Shown here piece by piece: positions 27,615-44,510 of a stretch of DNA of 64,000 nucleotides. Location of the stretch: NCBI RefSeq assembly GCF_009914755.1, contig NC_060925.1; one strand, given 5' to 3'. Numbering within the stretch: position 1 is the first letter of the stretch; every line of letters starts with the position of its first letter. The translations under genes and the position numbers were made by a program. The stretch is from the human T2T-CHM13v2.0 reference genome, Homo sapiens. The notes under the pieces were generated by a model that was not told the origin of the DNA, made no database searches, and saw only the letters and a program-made list of their open reading frames with translations.

Positions 27615-27909
27615 GGCCAGGCACGGTGGCTCACGCCTGTAATCCCAGCACTTTGGGAGGCCAAGGTGGGCAGATCGCCCTGAGGTCAGGAGTTCAAGAC
27701 CAGCCTGGCCAACGTGGTGAAACCCCTGTCTCTACTAAAAATACAAAAAATGAGCCAGGTGTGGTGGCGGGTGCCTGTAATGCCAGCTACTCGGGAGGCT
27801 GAGGCAGGAGAATCGCTTAAACCCAGGAGGCAGAGGTTGTAGTGAGCCAAGATCAACTGCACTCCAGCCTGGGCGACAGAGCGAGACTCCATCTCAAGAA
27901 TAAATAAAA
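27615..27909 (+). mobile_element. Alu (AluS)
   Basis: Full dimer; TSD aaaatttct. Confidence 0.95.
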
Positions 27910-28752
27910 TTTCTTTGTGAATTACTTTTTGGATACCTGACAGTTGTTTCTCTGAGTACATCATGATGTTAGGACTGGGTCACGAGACAGCTATGTTTTA
28001 CCTGGGTTACACCAACATTCACAGAAGTTGATCTAAAGTCATCTGTCCTAACCTCTTCATTTTACAGATAAAGAAACTAGGAGCCAAGCAGGTCACAGTT
28101 CTTTGTTTCTTTCCTTACCAAACAGTGGAACTGCCTCTGTCCTGCTGTTGCCAAAAGGGAAGTAGGGGAGATTGGTGAACAGAAGAGAAGAAAGAGAGAG
28201 AAGTCATCTCTTTTTATTTCTTTCACTGGCAAATTTGATTTCTCAGCCACTTTGGCAAGCAATTCTAGTCCTTTCTGTGTCTTTTTAAAGTTATGTGGCT
28301 TGGAGTAGATGGCCTCATATCTGAACCTTAGGTTTCTCCTCTATAAAATTGGGTTAATAAGAACAATACTGCAAGATTTAGGGGCAGTTGCAATTCGATT
28401 ACAGAAGTGTAATTCCACCTACATGTGTGTGCTGAAGTGAAAAAGCCCATTCCTTCGTCCCACCAGACGGAATCCTTTAATTTCAACTCAATTTCATAAA
28501 CGTCTTTCCCCACATACAAAAAGGATAAATTCCTCCCTTCTATTTTCCTTTACTCTTTCCTTTATTATGTTCATGAAGCCCAAACCATATACATAATAAA
28601 GGGCTAAGAGAGAAAGAAAAGCAGGACCAGAGGAAGCCTCAGAGGCTAGGGTAGGAAAGGAGTTTATTTAGATGAAAGAGAAAGAGGTTTGAGAATGGTA
28701 GTGCCAGAGCAGCTTTAGTCTGTAAGGTATTTGAATGGAAACAGAAATATTT

Positions 28753-29058
28753 GGCCAGGCGCGGTGGCTCACACCTGTAATCCCAGCACTTTGGGAGGCC
28801 GAGGCGGGTGGATCTACTTGAGGTCAGGAGTTCAAGACCAGCCTGGCCAACATAGTGAAACCCCATCTCTACTAAAAATACAAAAATTAGCTGGGTATGG
28901 TGGCATGTACCTGTAATCCCAGCTGCTCCAGAGGTTGAGGTAGGAGAATAGCTTGAACCTGGGAGGTAGAGATTGCAAGATTGTGCCACTGCACTTCAGC
29001 CTGGGCAACAGAGTGAGACTCCATCTCAAAAAAAAGAAAAAAAAAAGGAAGAAAAAGA
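28753..29058 (+). mobile_element. Alu (AluS)
   Basis: Full dimer. Confidence 0.95.
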
Positions 29059-29092
29059 AACAAATATGTTACTTAATGTTACTTGGACTAGA

Positions 29093-29421
29093 TTTTTGGT
29101 TTTTGTTTTGTTTTGTTTTGTTTTTGTTTTGAGACAGGGTCTCGATTTGTCACCCAGGCTGGAGTGCAGTGGTGCGATCACAGCTCACTGCAGCCTCGAC
29201 CTCCTGGGCTCAAGCGAACCTCCCACCTCAGCTTCCTGAATAACTGGAGCCACAGGCATGTTCCACCACATTTGGCTAATTTAAAATTTTTTTTTTTTTG
29301 TAGAGACAGGGTCTCACTTTGCTACTCAGGCTGGTTTGGAACACCTGGGCTCAAGTGATCCTCCAGCCTTGGCTTCCCAAAATGCTAGGATTATAGACAT
29401 GAGCCACCGCACCCAGCCTGG
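29093..29421 (-). mobile_element. Alu (AluJ-like) with (TTTTG)n tail
   Basis: Full dimer, tail-to-tail with the previous Alu. Confidence 0.92.
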
Positions 29422-30059
29422 GCTAGATATTTGGATGCCTTTAATAACCCTCACATTAAACACCGAATTCCTTTTAAATTATAAGTAAAGACTGAACAGA
29501 CTTTCCTGAACGTGACACCCCTCTGAGTCTGAATTACATGGGTTTCTGGATTCACAAGGGTTGCAAATGTGAGAGATCATGTCATTTGACTGTGATTTCC
29601 TTTAAGGGAGAATACGTTCAGGTGTGTATGGTCCCAGGCTGTCAGACCTGGGTATGGGGGCCTCATGCTCTACTTCTTCATTACCTTGTACTGCACCTGC
29701 AGCCTTGAGGCTCAAAGGACAATTGAAACTTTAGGGCTAGGTACCTTCTTCTCATCTAGAACGATCCTCCTCCACCTGACCCATCCAGCTGGGCAGATTA
29801 TTCCCCACTCCTACTCCTGCTCCTCCAAAGCTGGGCCTGTCCCAATTGCTATCCCCAGCTGAGAGCTCCCACAGATTACCAGACCAACAGTCTACAGACT
29901 GAGCAGCGGCAGCTCTCAGGGGATCAGTGATCCACTACCTGGGTCCCAATGGCCCCTCAATAAGCGATCTGGAGCCTAACCTCTTCCCCATACCCAAATC
30001 ATAGGATGAAATTTTCAGGACCACACAGCAAAGCCTAAGGCCCTCCCAAACACTTGAGA

Positions 30060-32230
<2,171 letters not shown>

Positions 32231-33129
32231 TGGATCTCTGGACTCCAAGGCCCTACCCAGCAGAATATCTAACACAGGGTGGATGTGGGTTCATGACAGT
32301 GACCAAGCACTCCCTTACAAAGCAGACCCCGAGGAACCAGAAGTCACACCAAATTGTGTCTCTGGGTAGAGAGTATGTGACTGGGGGCCCTGGCCCAGGG
32401 TTTCCCATTTTGCCAATATCCATCCTGATCTGCTGAAGTGGGAAGGAGGAAGTGAATTTAGCCCAGCCCCTGGATTCTCCAAGTCAAAAAGCTGAGGCCC
32501 AGTGAGATGATCAGAGTTAGTGGTAGGAGGGGACTCAGAATTTCAGCTTCCCAACTCCAACTCAGCAATCTTCCCTGCACATTTCACTGTCAATTCAATT
32601 TCTTCCTCTGCATAGAAAAGGAATTTTATTCCCTCTCCTTTAATTGAATGCAAACATGGCCAACTTGTTTAAGAACTAAAATTCATAAATACTCTGGAGA
32701 AATACATACATTTATCTGCATGAAAAGATGGAAAAATGAGAAGTGTCGTATTCTTTAAGTGACTCAGGACTATCTTTATGGTTTTCTTTAAGCTACTTTA
32801 ATGTTGTAATGGCTTGACTGAGGAAAGCACTCCAGAAACCTCTAGAGAAAATGGCTCAGTAGACCCAACGTTTTACACCTGGGCTGGAGTGACTTTAAAT
32901 AAAACTCCCTTTCACCTCATTTCATTTCCTCAGTGGAACATTTCACATGTAGCAAACAGATAAGTCTGTTTTTCCTGTTTTGTTTCTTAAATGTAATTTC
33001 AGAGTGCTTTCAGTATTGAAAGAGCCATAACCTTTTCTCCCCTCACACTCAAACAATAGTGAAATCATGTGTAATAAGGGTCAAACCTATTGCCCAGTAC
33101 ATAGTACAATTCGTTGCACATAGTAGGTG

Positions 33130-34140
<1,011 letters not shown>

Positions 34141-34317
34141 AAACTTTGACTCTGAGGGTTAAAGAAGGGACTAGATAACCAGGTGGATGGAAGAGGACTG
34201 GGAGAGGACCAAGAAAAATTAATGAATAGGATTAATCTCCAGTCACACAACAGAGAGGGAAAGAGTGGACATAGCTATCCCCATTACCCTTTCTCAGCAG
34301 TATTCATAATTATATTT

Positions 34318-34655
<338 letters not shown>

Positions 34656-37344
34656 TAATTATACATTTTTTAAATAACAAAGTGGAGACAGACATTTAAG
34701 ATAACTTCTCTCAGTTCACACAGCGAATTATGAAGATGTGTTGGCTCAAGCATCACCAATCCAGTACGCCAAAAGGGCCATATTTGCAGGCATTCCTTCT
34801 TGCTACCTCGACAGCTCATGTATACCAGTGCTTCTTACTGTTTGCCAGCAACTCTTCTCAAATTCAGACATCTGTACACTGCACAGACATCAGTATGTCC
34901 CAGAATCGTTTCCAACGGAGTGGTGGGTAGGGGTGAGTGGTTGAAGAAGAGCAGGGATGTTTATTCGCCAGCACTGAGTTCTCTGTACTCACAAACTAGG
35001 CAATTTCTCAGTGCCACAAGGACATTTCTGAGTCACTTGGACAGATCTCTTGGGAGTGATGCCTGGAGAATTAGAAATAAAAATAGTCTTCTTAGCTGCT
35101 GTTTTTTGTGTGTGTATGTGTGTTTTTCCCCTTTTGCCCTGGGAAGCTACTGCTTTCCCTCCCTGTCCTCGCTGGCCCTGTCTACTCCCTGGCTCCCCTG
35201 GGTTTCAGAGGAGCTGGCACTGAACACTGCTCTTTCTCACTTGACATCCTCTCTCCAACTTAGCAAGCAGGTCTTCTGCCAAATCTCCAGGTCGGTGGCT
35301 CATCAACGTCAGCTGCCCCCACAGCTTCTAGGGCAGGCGGAGAGGTTGTTCCCTCCAGGACTTGGGCCAGAGAGGGGAGAATAGGGGTCATGGGAGGGAA
35401 CCATCACCTGGTCTCGGACCACACAGTATTGCAGCTGGACTCCAGCCACTCAAACACACTGAGTTGGCAGGTCCCTGAAAACTGAAAAGGGAGAGGGATC
35501 AGATGCCGCAGGCCAGGACCCTGGCTTCCTGGCTCCCTGGCTTCCTCCCCACCCATCTGCTCTACCCCCTCTCACCTCCAGAAGCTTTGGAGGGGCTATG
35601 ATTGTTTTGGACAGTCTGAAGCTGAGATCAGCAAAATACAGACCCTCAGAGAGCATTTTGAAAAGAGCCTCTCTGGTGCTACATGTTAATAAGCCCTTCT
35701 AGGAGAATGCTCTTCTAGAATTTGCCATTTCTGCCTCCCTACCATTCCTCCTTGGGCAATGCCCTTGGGCAATGAACCCTCTGCTCTCTAGTCCTTTCTG
35801 AGGGAGATGGTGATCAGGACAAAGCCCTAGCCAGCCCCATGAGTCAGCATGGTCACTGCTGATCTGACCATCAGGCTTGGTGTCAGGAGCTAGCAATCCT
35901 CCTGGCTCTAGTTAGGTGACTTGTCTCTAGGAGCCCTGCCTACTGTCCTCCCAACCTCAACACCTAGTGCCATGGGAATGATGTTCTGCCCCAACAAACC
36001 TTTGCCTCCTGTGAGGAAGATCTTGTGGAATGTCTGCCGCAATCTACAGAGTCTCCTAGCCTGACCTGTGGACTCACAGTAATAGTTGGTAGCTGCCTTG
36101 TAAAATGTGACCCTACTTCCCATTCCAACATCAGTTGATTGGACTATAAAAGCCAATAGAAATCCTTCCCCTGGTATTTGGATTGCAGGAGAGAGAGACA
36201 GAGAAACATGGAAACAGAGAGATTTGGTCCTTCTGTGGGGCTGTGGTTGTCTGTTTTTGTGCTGTGCAGAGGTAGCAGAGGTAGCAGAGGTAGAGGAGCA
36301 GAGGTAGCAAGTCAGTAGAAATAGCAAACAATGTATCAGCTACAGAGAAAGAGGCAAAGATGAGAGACAGACATACTGCAAGCGTTCCCTACAGCTTTCC
36401 AAATCAGGGTTCCTAGCCTCCCTGAAGCCCATTTCTGCCTATGGGGGTTCATGATTTCTATCCCCCTACCAGCATAAACTAGAGTAACAATCATGTTGTT
36501 GTATTTCTTTAATTCAAACAAATATCCATTTTAATTGTGTGTGTGTGTATGTGTGTGTGAAGAAACACTAAATTGAAGATAAATATTATAAAATTTATTG
36601 CAGTTTCAGAAATGCTCAGCATGAAACTCATATATCTTAGCATTGAGGAAATAGGATACTTTAAACTCCCTGATCTGGACTCTTAATTAGGTAAAATGGT
36701 CCATTTTAACCCATTAAAGTGTACATTCCTCCAAGTCATTCAGGAGAGGTTGGAAACTATCTGTTAAAACCTGCGTGGGAGGAGACCTACTTGGATAATC
36801 TTCGGCTGGATAAGAATAGCTTTTAGCAATTTCTTACTGAGCCTGCCATGGGGATGACCCTGCTAAGATCATTATTCAAGCCCTCACTGTTCCCCTCATG
36901 GAGGGCTGCAGCCAGAGCCACACTGAGCTGTCCTCCTTCCCAACAGATACTGCCCACCCATCACCTTTTTGCTGAACATATTCACTTTCCTTCCTGCTCC
37001 TACCTTTTCTTGATAACCCCCAAGGTGAGATCCAGGAGCCTGCAGAGATGGTTGGTTCCAAGCTTGACTGAGTGCTCTATGGGGGCATTGCAAGCATCCG
37101 GTGTTAGAGAGGTATAGAAGTCATCTAATCTACTCCCTCCTCTGAAAGCCATGGAATTGGGGCTCAGAAAACTTAAGTGCATTGCATAGGGTCACCCAGC
37201 CAGATAGCGGCACAACCCAAACTAGAATTCATGTTTACTGACTTCCAGTTCTGTGCTCCACTCACTCTATCACAACTCCTCTTCCCCGCAAAACCGGGAG
37301 GCTGGATATCGAACGGAGAGACAAGGGGAGCCACCATGAGATGC

Positions 37345-37600
37345 AGCAAAACAGTGACTGAGCATATGGATCTGGAGCCAGAGTGTCCAGGTTCAAATCC
37401 CAGCTCTACCACTCCCCAGCTGCATGGACTCAGGCCAGCTACTTAGCGGCTTTATGCCTCAGTTGCCTCATCTGTAAAATGGAGATAAAAACAGTATCCA
37501 TCACATAGGATTGTTATAAACATTATTTGAGTCAATGTGAGTACAGCATTTTGAACAGTGCCTGGCACACAGTACACTCTATTTGTGCATTTGGTAAATA
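37345..37600 (+). mobile_element. MIR
   Basis: ggttcaaatcccagctctaccac...cctcatctgtaaaatggagataa...cctggcacacagta. Confidence 0.85.
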
Positions 37601-38399
37601 AAATCAAGCAGTCTCTGAAGACCCAGGATTTGGTGAGACATCTAGAATTAGAGCTATCCTGAGACATCAATTGAGCAGAGGCCCTCAACACCAGGCTCTG
37701 GGACTGTGTTACAAAAGCAGCCAGGCAGAGAGCAGAACAAAGGAGGGTGGGACAGGTGCTGGCTTTCAGCTTGGGCTGCTTCACCACGGTCCCTACCTAC
37801 ACTCCCTCCCCAGGGAGCCTCCCTGTTCTTCCTCAACCATGCCTTCACTAGGTGAGAACATTGTTGGTGGCACTGGCGCCACAGCTGACTGGCCAGTTAT
37901 CTCCCCATCCCAAAGCAAAACTTGGTGGGCTATGCACGCCTCAGAAAGTCTGGGTCAACCCGCTACAAATGTTAAGCACAGTGCTGGGGCACCCCTGAAT
38001 TAATGAGGCATTTCTTAATGACCTAAAAATATATATTTCTTTTGCCAACCTGCATCTTTAATGGTTAATTCAAGCAGAATCAGCGAGGTGAATTCTATTC
38101 CAATTGGCAGCTCCTCCCCACTTTAATGTCCTTTCAGATATCTAGAGTAAAATGTGCAGAAAATAGTTTTCACCTCCTTCAGGGCTCAGAGCTCCCAGTC
38201 CCTGTGTAAATGATCCTAATGTTTCCTTCAGATCTCCATTCAACCTCTCAGACATGTTGAAGGAGCCTCCTCTGTCTCTTTTCTTTCCTTTCATTTCTTT
38301 TTTTCTCTCTCTCTCCCCTCCCTTTTTCCCACCCTTCCTTCCTTCCTTCCTCCTACTTTCTGGGGTTTATTCAAGATCCAGGCTGATTTTCAGCCTGCT

Positions 38400-39075
38400 A
38401 CTCAGCTGGGAGCCCCTGCAAATGAAACCCCTCACTGCTCTCCCAGCAAAAGCACAGAGGCATGTGAAATCATGGGGGGCAGGTGGGGGTGGCCGTGGCG
38501 CACTGAGCACTGGAACTGGAAAGAGGGCAGACATCAATCACAGCTGCTGTCATAAAACATGCATGAAAAGCAGGGGTGGGGTCTGGGGGAGGGTTGCCAA
38601 AGCCTGTTTTTCAGCTCACAGCTGGGGACTTGAGGAGGAGACTGGCTGACGGGAGGCGAGGCGAGGCGTGAAGGAGAGAAGAGAAGGGAGCTGGAGGGTG
38701 CGGCACTGCATAGACAAGATGAAAGGCAGGTATCTAGAAGCTGAGTGCCAGAGGGAAGCAGAGGCAGATTTGGTCTCCAACAAGGGGCAGCCAAGGGAAT
38801 CAGGAGCCTGGAATGTAAACACCTTTTCTTCCTACATGAAAAGCCACCAGTCTTTCTTTTTCCAACTCCCTGCCTTTCTGGGGGCTCCCTGCTCTCTCCT
38901 GTTGGGCCAGTGACCTGACATTCCAGCAGCTGCAGCCTCAGGCGTGAGCCTTCCAGACAGCCTGGCGCCTGCACGCTGCTGCTGCTGGTAATGCAGGACC
39001 TTCCCTCCCCAGGGGAACACAGCCCACCCCCACCACCCAGGCTACCCCATAGCCAGCCGCACGCCCCACGGTGCA
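38400..39075. promoter_or_regulatory. Candidate intronic enhancer or promoter-like element (GC-rich, CpG-retaining, non-repetitive)
   Basis: Four CAGCTG E-boxes, a PBX/MEIS/HOX-like composite at 38533-38557, G4 motifs and locally elevated CpG. Motif evidence only. Confidence 0.45.
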
Positions 39076-39077
39076 TA

Positions 39078-39538
<461 letters not shown>

Positions 39539-40591
39539 TAGAATTTTCTAGACTCAGCAGGGCCCAGAGTCTTAAAGTTAAGCCTGCTCCTTTGTGTGTT
39601 CTCTGATCTCACCAATGTGAGATTTTTTAATAGACAACTTTGTCTTACCTAACTGTCTTTTGGGGAAATGATAACCCTGGATGCGCCTCAGAATTAAATT
39701 ATAAGAGGCAGAATGTGATATTAATCATTGTGAATACTCAGGTTAAAAAGCACTAAATGCTGAATAAATTAGAGTACTCAGTCACATAGACTGGAACCAA
39801 AGAGAGGGGGATAATGAGGGCAAACAGAATGGAGAAAAGGCTTAAAATGAGGTTTGAGATTTATAGGAACACATGGGTTGAAAGTGAGATGCAATCAGAC
39901 AGTCACCAGCCAACCCTGCACATGGGGGCAGTGGAGGAGATTCCAAAAAGCCAAAAAGACGCTTGCCTGCCTTTCAGTCTGACTGGCAACATGCTAGCCA
40001 AGCCCAGGAGGGCCACCCCAATTCACTTTTAAACTACTCTGGACCAGAGGAAGTGGCACAGCTTCCTTGGATCTAGCAATTTCTCTAGGGATTCAGACTT
40101 ACCAGGGGAAATTCTCAGCCTCGCCCAGGTCGGGGTGCACTGCCCTCTCACCCTCCCCTGCTGGTTTCTGGGCCTTCAAAAACTCTGCACATTTATCCTC
40201 ATTTTGTTTGCAGTAGCAGCCATCAGCCTATTGGGAACCCCAGGGTGACAGCTCTCAGAGATGATGATCTTAGGATGGCCTTATGGCTGGACCAGGCCAT
40301 GACTTTAGTGTTACCAGGTAATGACATCCACTCTGACACAAAGCTGGGATGAAGCTGACTCCCATTGGAAAACCCCATAGAGAAGGACTCCAAACAGCTT
40401 CACAAATCTCTTTTAGGGGAAGGAACAAAACCCAGGTGGAAGCCAATGCCCAGAGAACTCTCCAGGGGATACCTGGAGCTGGTAAAAGTGTGGTCACTCC
40501 AGCACTCAGAGGCATTTACTGAACATCTTCAGAGAGGTCCTTGGGCCAAAAGAAAACTCAGGCTGGAGTGGGATGAGAGGGTCATCTCTAC

Positions 40592-41029
40592 TATGGTAGG
40601 CAGAATAACTGCCCCCATGAAGATATCCACATCCTAATCCCCAGAATCTGAGAGTATGTTATCTTACATGGCAGAAGGGACTTTACAGATGTGATTCAGT
40701 TAAGGATCTTCAAATGGGAAGATAATCCTGATTATTTAACTTAAGGATCCTTATAAGAGGGAGGCTGGATTGTCAGAGTCAGAGAAGGAGATGTGAGGAA
40801 AGAAGCAGAGGTCAGAGTAATGTGGGGCCATGAGCCAAGGAGCGCAAGCAGTCTCTGAAAGGTGGAAATGGGCAGGAAACAGATTCTCCCCTAGAGCCTC
40901 TAAAAGCAATGCAGCCCACCTAATTTGTTTTGGACTTCTGGCTTCCAGAACTGTAAGATAATACATTTGTATTGTTTTAAGCCACTAAATTTCTGGTAAT
41001 TTGTAACAGCAATAATAGGAAACGAATAC
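40592..41029 (+). mobile_element. MaLR LTR (MLT1C/D-like)
   Basis: tggtaggcagaataa...gactttacagatgtgatt...aggaaacgaataca. Confidence 0.85.
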
Positions 41030-41374
41030 ACTTTCTAAGCAGCTTGACTTGCACATAACTCAAGTCATTGCTGGATAAACCTGAAACATGGTGCTCCTTT
41101 TGGCTTTCTTCACAGATAATCTGCTGCTGGTGCTTCCCCCTCCTGACTTATAAATGCTGCCATTAGCTCTGTCATTTCCAGCTGTGTTCTTGTTCTCTTC
41201 AACTATCTCCGGGATCCACCAATGCTGTCTAATTGTCCCCAGTAAGTAAGAAAACTGAAAGGAGAAAATGATCTCATTGTTCCCAGTTAAGTAAGAAAGC
41301 CGAAAGGAGAAAGTGATAAAGACAAGTGCAGAGGCTTTGGGAAATGTGCACGATGCCTCTTCCTCACCGTCTCA

Positions 41375-41666
41375 TTTTTTTTGAGACGGTGTCTTGCTCT
41401 GTCACTTAGGCTGGAATGCAGTGGCACGATCTCGGCTCACTGAAACCACCGTCTCTTTCGGGCTCAAGCAATTCTCCTGCCTCACTCTTCCGAGTAGCTG
41501 GGATTACAGGAGCACACCACCATGCCCGACTAACTGCTGTATTTTTAGTAGACACAGGGTTTCACCATATTGGCCAGGCTGGTCTCAGACTCCTGACCTC
41601 AGGAGATCCATCCGCCTCAGCCTTCCAAAGCGCTGGGATTACAGGCGTGAGCCACCATACCCGGCC
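41375..41666 (-). mobile_element. Alu (AluS)
   Basis: Full dimer. Confidence 0.93.
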
Positions 41667-41816
41667 CTGTTGAATTTCAATAGACTCCTTGCTTTCTATG
41701 AAAGCCTCCTCAGACTGAAAGCCCAGATTCAACTAAGTTTATTTCAACACACTCAAGAGTCTGTGTCGCCACAGGGCCGGTGGAAGCAGGTGAGTTAGGT
41801 ACAAGGCCACCCATTC

Positions 41817-42109
41817 TTTTTTTTTTTCTTTTGAGACAGAATCTTGCTCTGTCTCCCAGGCTGGAGTACAGTGGCATCATCTCAGTGCAACCTCTGCCTC
41901 CCAGGTTCAAGCGATTCTCCTGCCTCAGCCTCCTGAGTAGCTGGGATTACAGGCACCCACCACCAAGCCCAGCTAATTTTTGTATTTTTAGTAGAGATGG
42001 GATTTCACCATGTTGGCCAGGCTGGTCTCGAACTCCTGACCTCAAGTGATCCGCCCATCTCAGCCTCCCAAAGTGCTGGGATTACAGGCATGAGCCACCG
42101 CACCTGGCC
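41817..42109 (-). mobile_element. Alu (AluS)
   Basis: Full dimer; 17-bp TSD caaggccacccattctt. Confidence 0.95.
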
Positions 42110-43509
42110 CAAGGCCACCCATTCTTCAGGTCGTGACCCAAACTGCCAGGACAGCTAAGCCCTGGGGTTGGGAGACTCCATGGTGCCCTAGTAAGGAAGC
42201 TCTGGGCTGACTTCCTGTCTGTTCTGGGTCAGGAAAAAGTTACATGATATTGTCCTAAGTGGAGAGAGTTAAGGAACTGGAGCACAACTTGGAATTAGAT
42301 TAACATAAAAATCTGATTCAGCCAGGTCTCTCAGCTCCTCACTACATCAATTAATAATAATTGTCAAGTATAACCTACCAGGTACCTTACAGGTATCTCC
42401 TCATTTAATCCACTCAACTGTTGCATTATTCCCGTTTTACTGGGCTTCTGTGAAAAGTCACCGAACAATCACAACCAAAATAACAATTCCCCAAACAACT
42501 AGTTTCCTTCTTCTTGTTAGATCCCGTCTCTGTTAACAGCAACACCATCTACTCAGATGTCCAAATTAAAAAGTTCTGGTAGAAACAACATGGTCTCTTT
42601 CTACTCTATACCTCTGCACAAATCCGGCCCTATGTCTTGAAAAATCTATACCTCCAGCTGTGGATGCAAATAGGAAGGAAATAGCCCTTCACGCATTAGT
42701 GTAAAATGTGAATGAACCACCAACATGGCCACCACCTGAGTCTCCTCTGCACCCCTCTGTGGCAAGGTGATGTGAGGAAGCTCTTTTTCTGATTATGGAT
42801 GCTTTTGCAACAGCCAAGCTTGAAGATGTTTCTGCTGTAGTCATCTTCAGTTCCAGCTTGGCTATGTTTCCTTGGGATAGACATGGGAGAAATGTCTATA
42901 TAATGCCTTCCTAAAGCTTGGGAAAAATAGAACTTCCCTGGTGTCCCAGGATGGGGTTAGTTGATCATGCCTTTGTGCTGCCACATTGCGCATACTCCTT
43001 TTTGCAGTTATCCCTGTGTACTTCATTCATTTTATTTCATTATTTTTACTATATGTTTTGCCAACTAGATTATAGGGTCTCAGAAGTCAGGATCATGTCT
43101 AATATATCTTCTGATCCCAAGTCTAACCAGTGCTTGACACATTACAGGCACCCATCAATGTTTGTTGGATAAATAATCTGTGAATACAATAGGCTGGCCT
43201 ATCTTTGGGCACAGGATGATCTCAGGAGATACGGAGGTTTACAAGGAGAGTAGGAGGGAGAGACCTTCACAACAAGGGTATCTGAACTCTGTGAAACTCA
43301 TTTCTGTGAGAAACTAAAAGAGTCTGAAATTCTTCCCTAAATGTGTGTGATTTCTTCTCATACCAACTTTATTCCCTGGCAACAGGCTGTAATGTTTTCC
43401 TAAATCAGCCCAGTGAACTTAGGCTTGTTGGGTTTTAACCAACAGTAGTACTGTAGTGTTACTAGAGTAGTGCCACAATCAAATCTAAGCCTAATAGACT
43501 AGGATGAAA

Positions 43510-44510
43510 GTCATTTAATAACAAAAAGACAAACAAGGCAATTAAAAGAAAATGTATGAAAACTTGAACGGACATTTCACAAAAGAAGATATATATAAGC
43601 GGCCAATAACCACATGACAAAGTACTCAATGTCATTAGAAATCAAATAAATGCAAAAGAAAATTACAATGAGATACCACCTCATACCAGTTTGAAAAACC
43701 AATATGTGTTAAAACCTTTTTATTTTGAAAATAATTGTAGCTTCACAGGAAGTTGCAAAGAGAGTATAGAGAGAATACTCTTCACCCAATTTCCCCCACT
43801 GGTTATATATCATATCACTTCATATGGATTTGAAAACCTACAATTAAAAAGACTGACATTACCAAATATTGTTGGTGATAGGGAGGAACTGGAATTCTCA
43901 TACGTTGCTGGTAGGATTGTCAAATGGCAACCACTTTGGAAAACCATGCAGTAGTTCTTTACAAAGTTAAACAAACACCAGATGATTCAGCAATTCTATT
44001 CCTAAATACTTACCTAAAAGAAATGAAAACCTGTGACCACAAAAATACTTACACAAGAATGTTTCTAGCAGTTGTGTTTACAATAGCTACAAACCAGAAA
44101 CAACCCAAATGTTCATCAATAGGAAATTGGAGAAATAAACTGTGGTAGATTCAAACAATGGAATACTTCATAGCAACACAAAAGGATACAATCTACTACT
44201 TGCAAGAACACAGATAAGTCTGTTGGGAGTAGAAAGCCAAATACAAAACAATGTATACTGTTTAATTTCATTAAACTAAAGGTCAAGAATGCAAAACTAA
44301 TCTATAGTGACAAAAATCAGAATAGCTGCCTACAGGGAATAAGGACTGCCTGGAAGGGAGCAGGGGAAATCTTTCTGGGGTGATTAGAATGGTCTGTATC
44401 TTGATTGGAGAGTTGGTTACACAGGTGTATTTGTCAAAATTCAGTGACTTGAACATTTAAGATCTGTGCTTGCCACTCTATGTAAATATTTTCCTTAATT
44501 TTTAAAAATG
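43510..44510 (+). mobile_element. Old L1ME-like 3' region with a small oppositely oriented L1 3' fragment at ~43715-43825
   Basis: gacatttcacaaaagaagatata, caaatgttcatcaataggaaattgg and aaactaatctatagtgacaaaaatcag motifs. Confidence 0.8.

Noticed and set aside
34730-35384. 194-aa ORF (34800-35384) with overlapping open frames at 34730-34944
   Set aside because: Non-ATG start, no recognisable domain, runs through simple TG/T-rich sequence and is antisense within an intron; the candidate acceptor near 34723 looks MIR-derived.
38534-39076. 180-aa minus-strand ORF in the GC-rich block
   Set aside because: No homology I recognise and no strong donor to join exon 2; stop-codon scarcity is explained by GC content.
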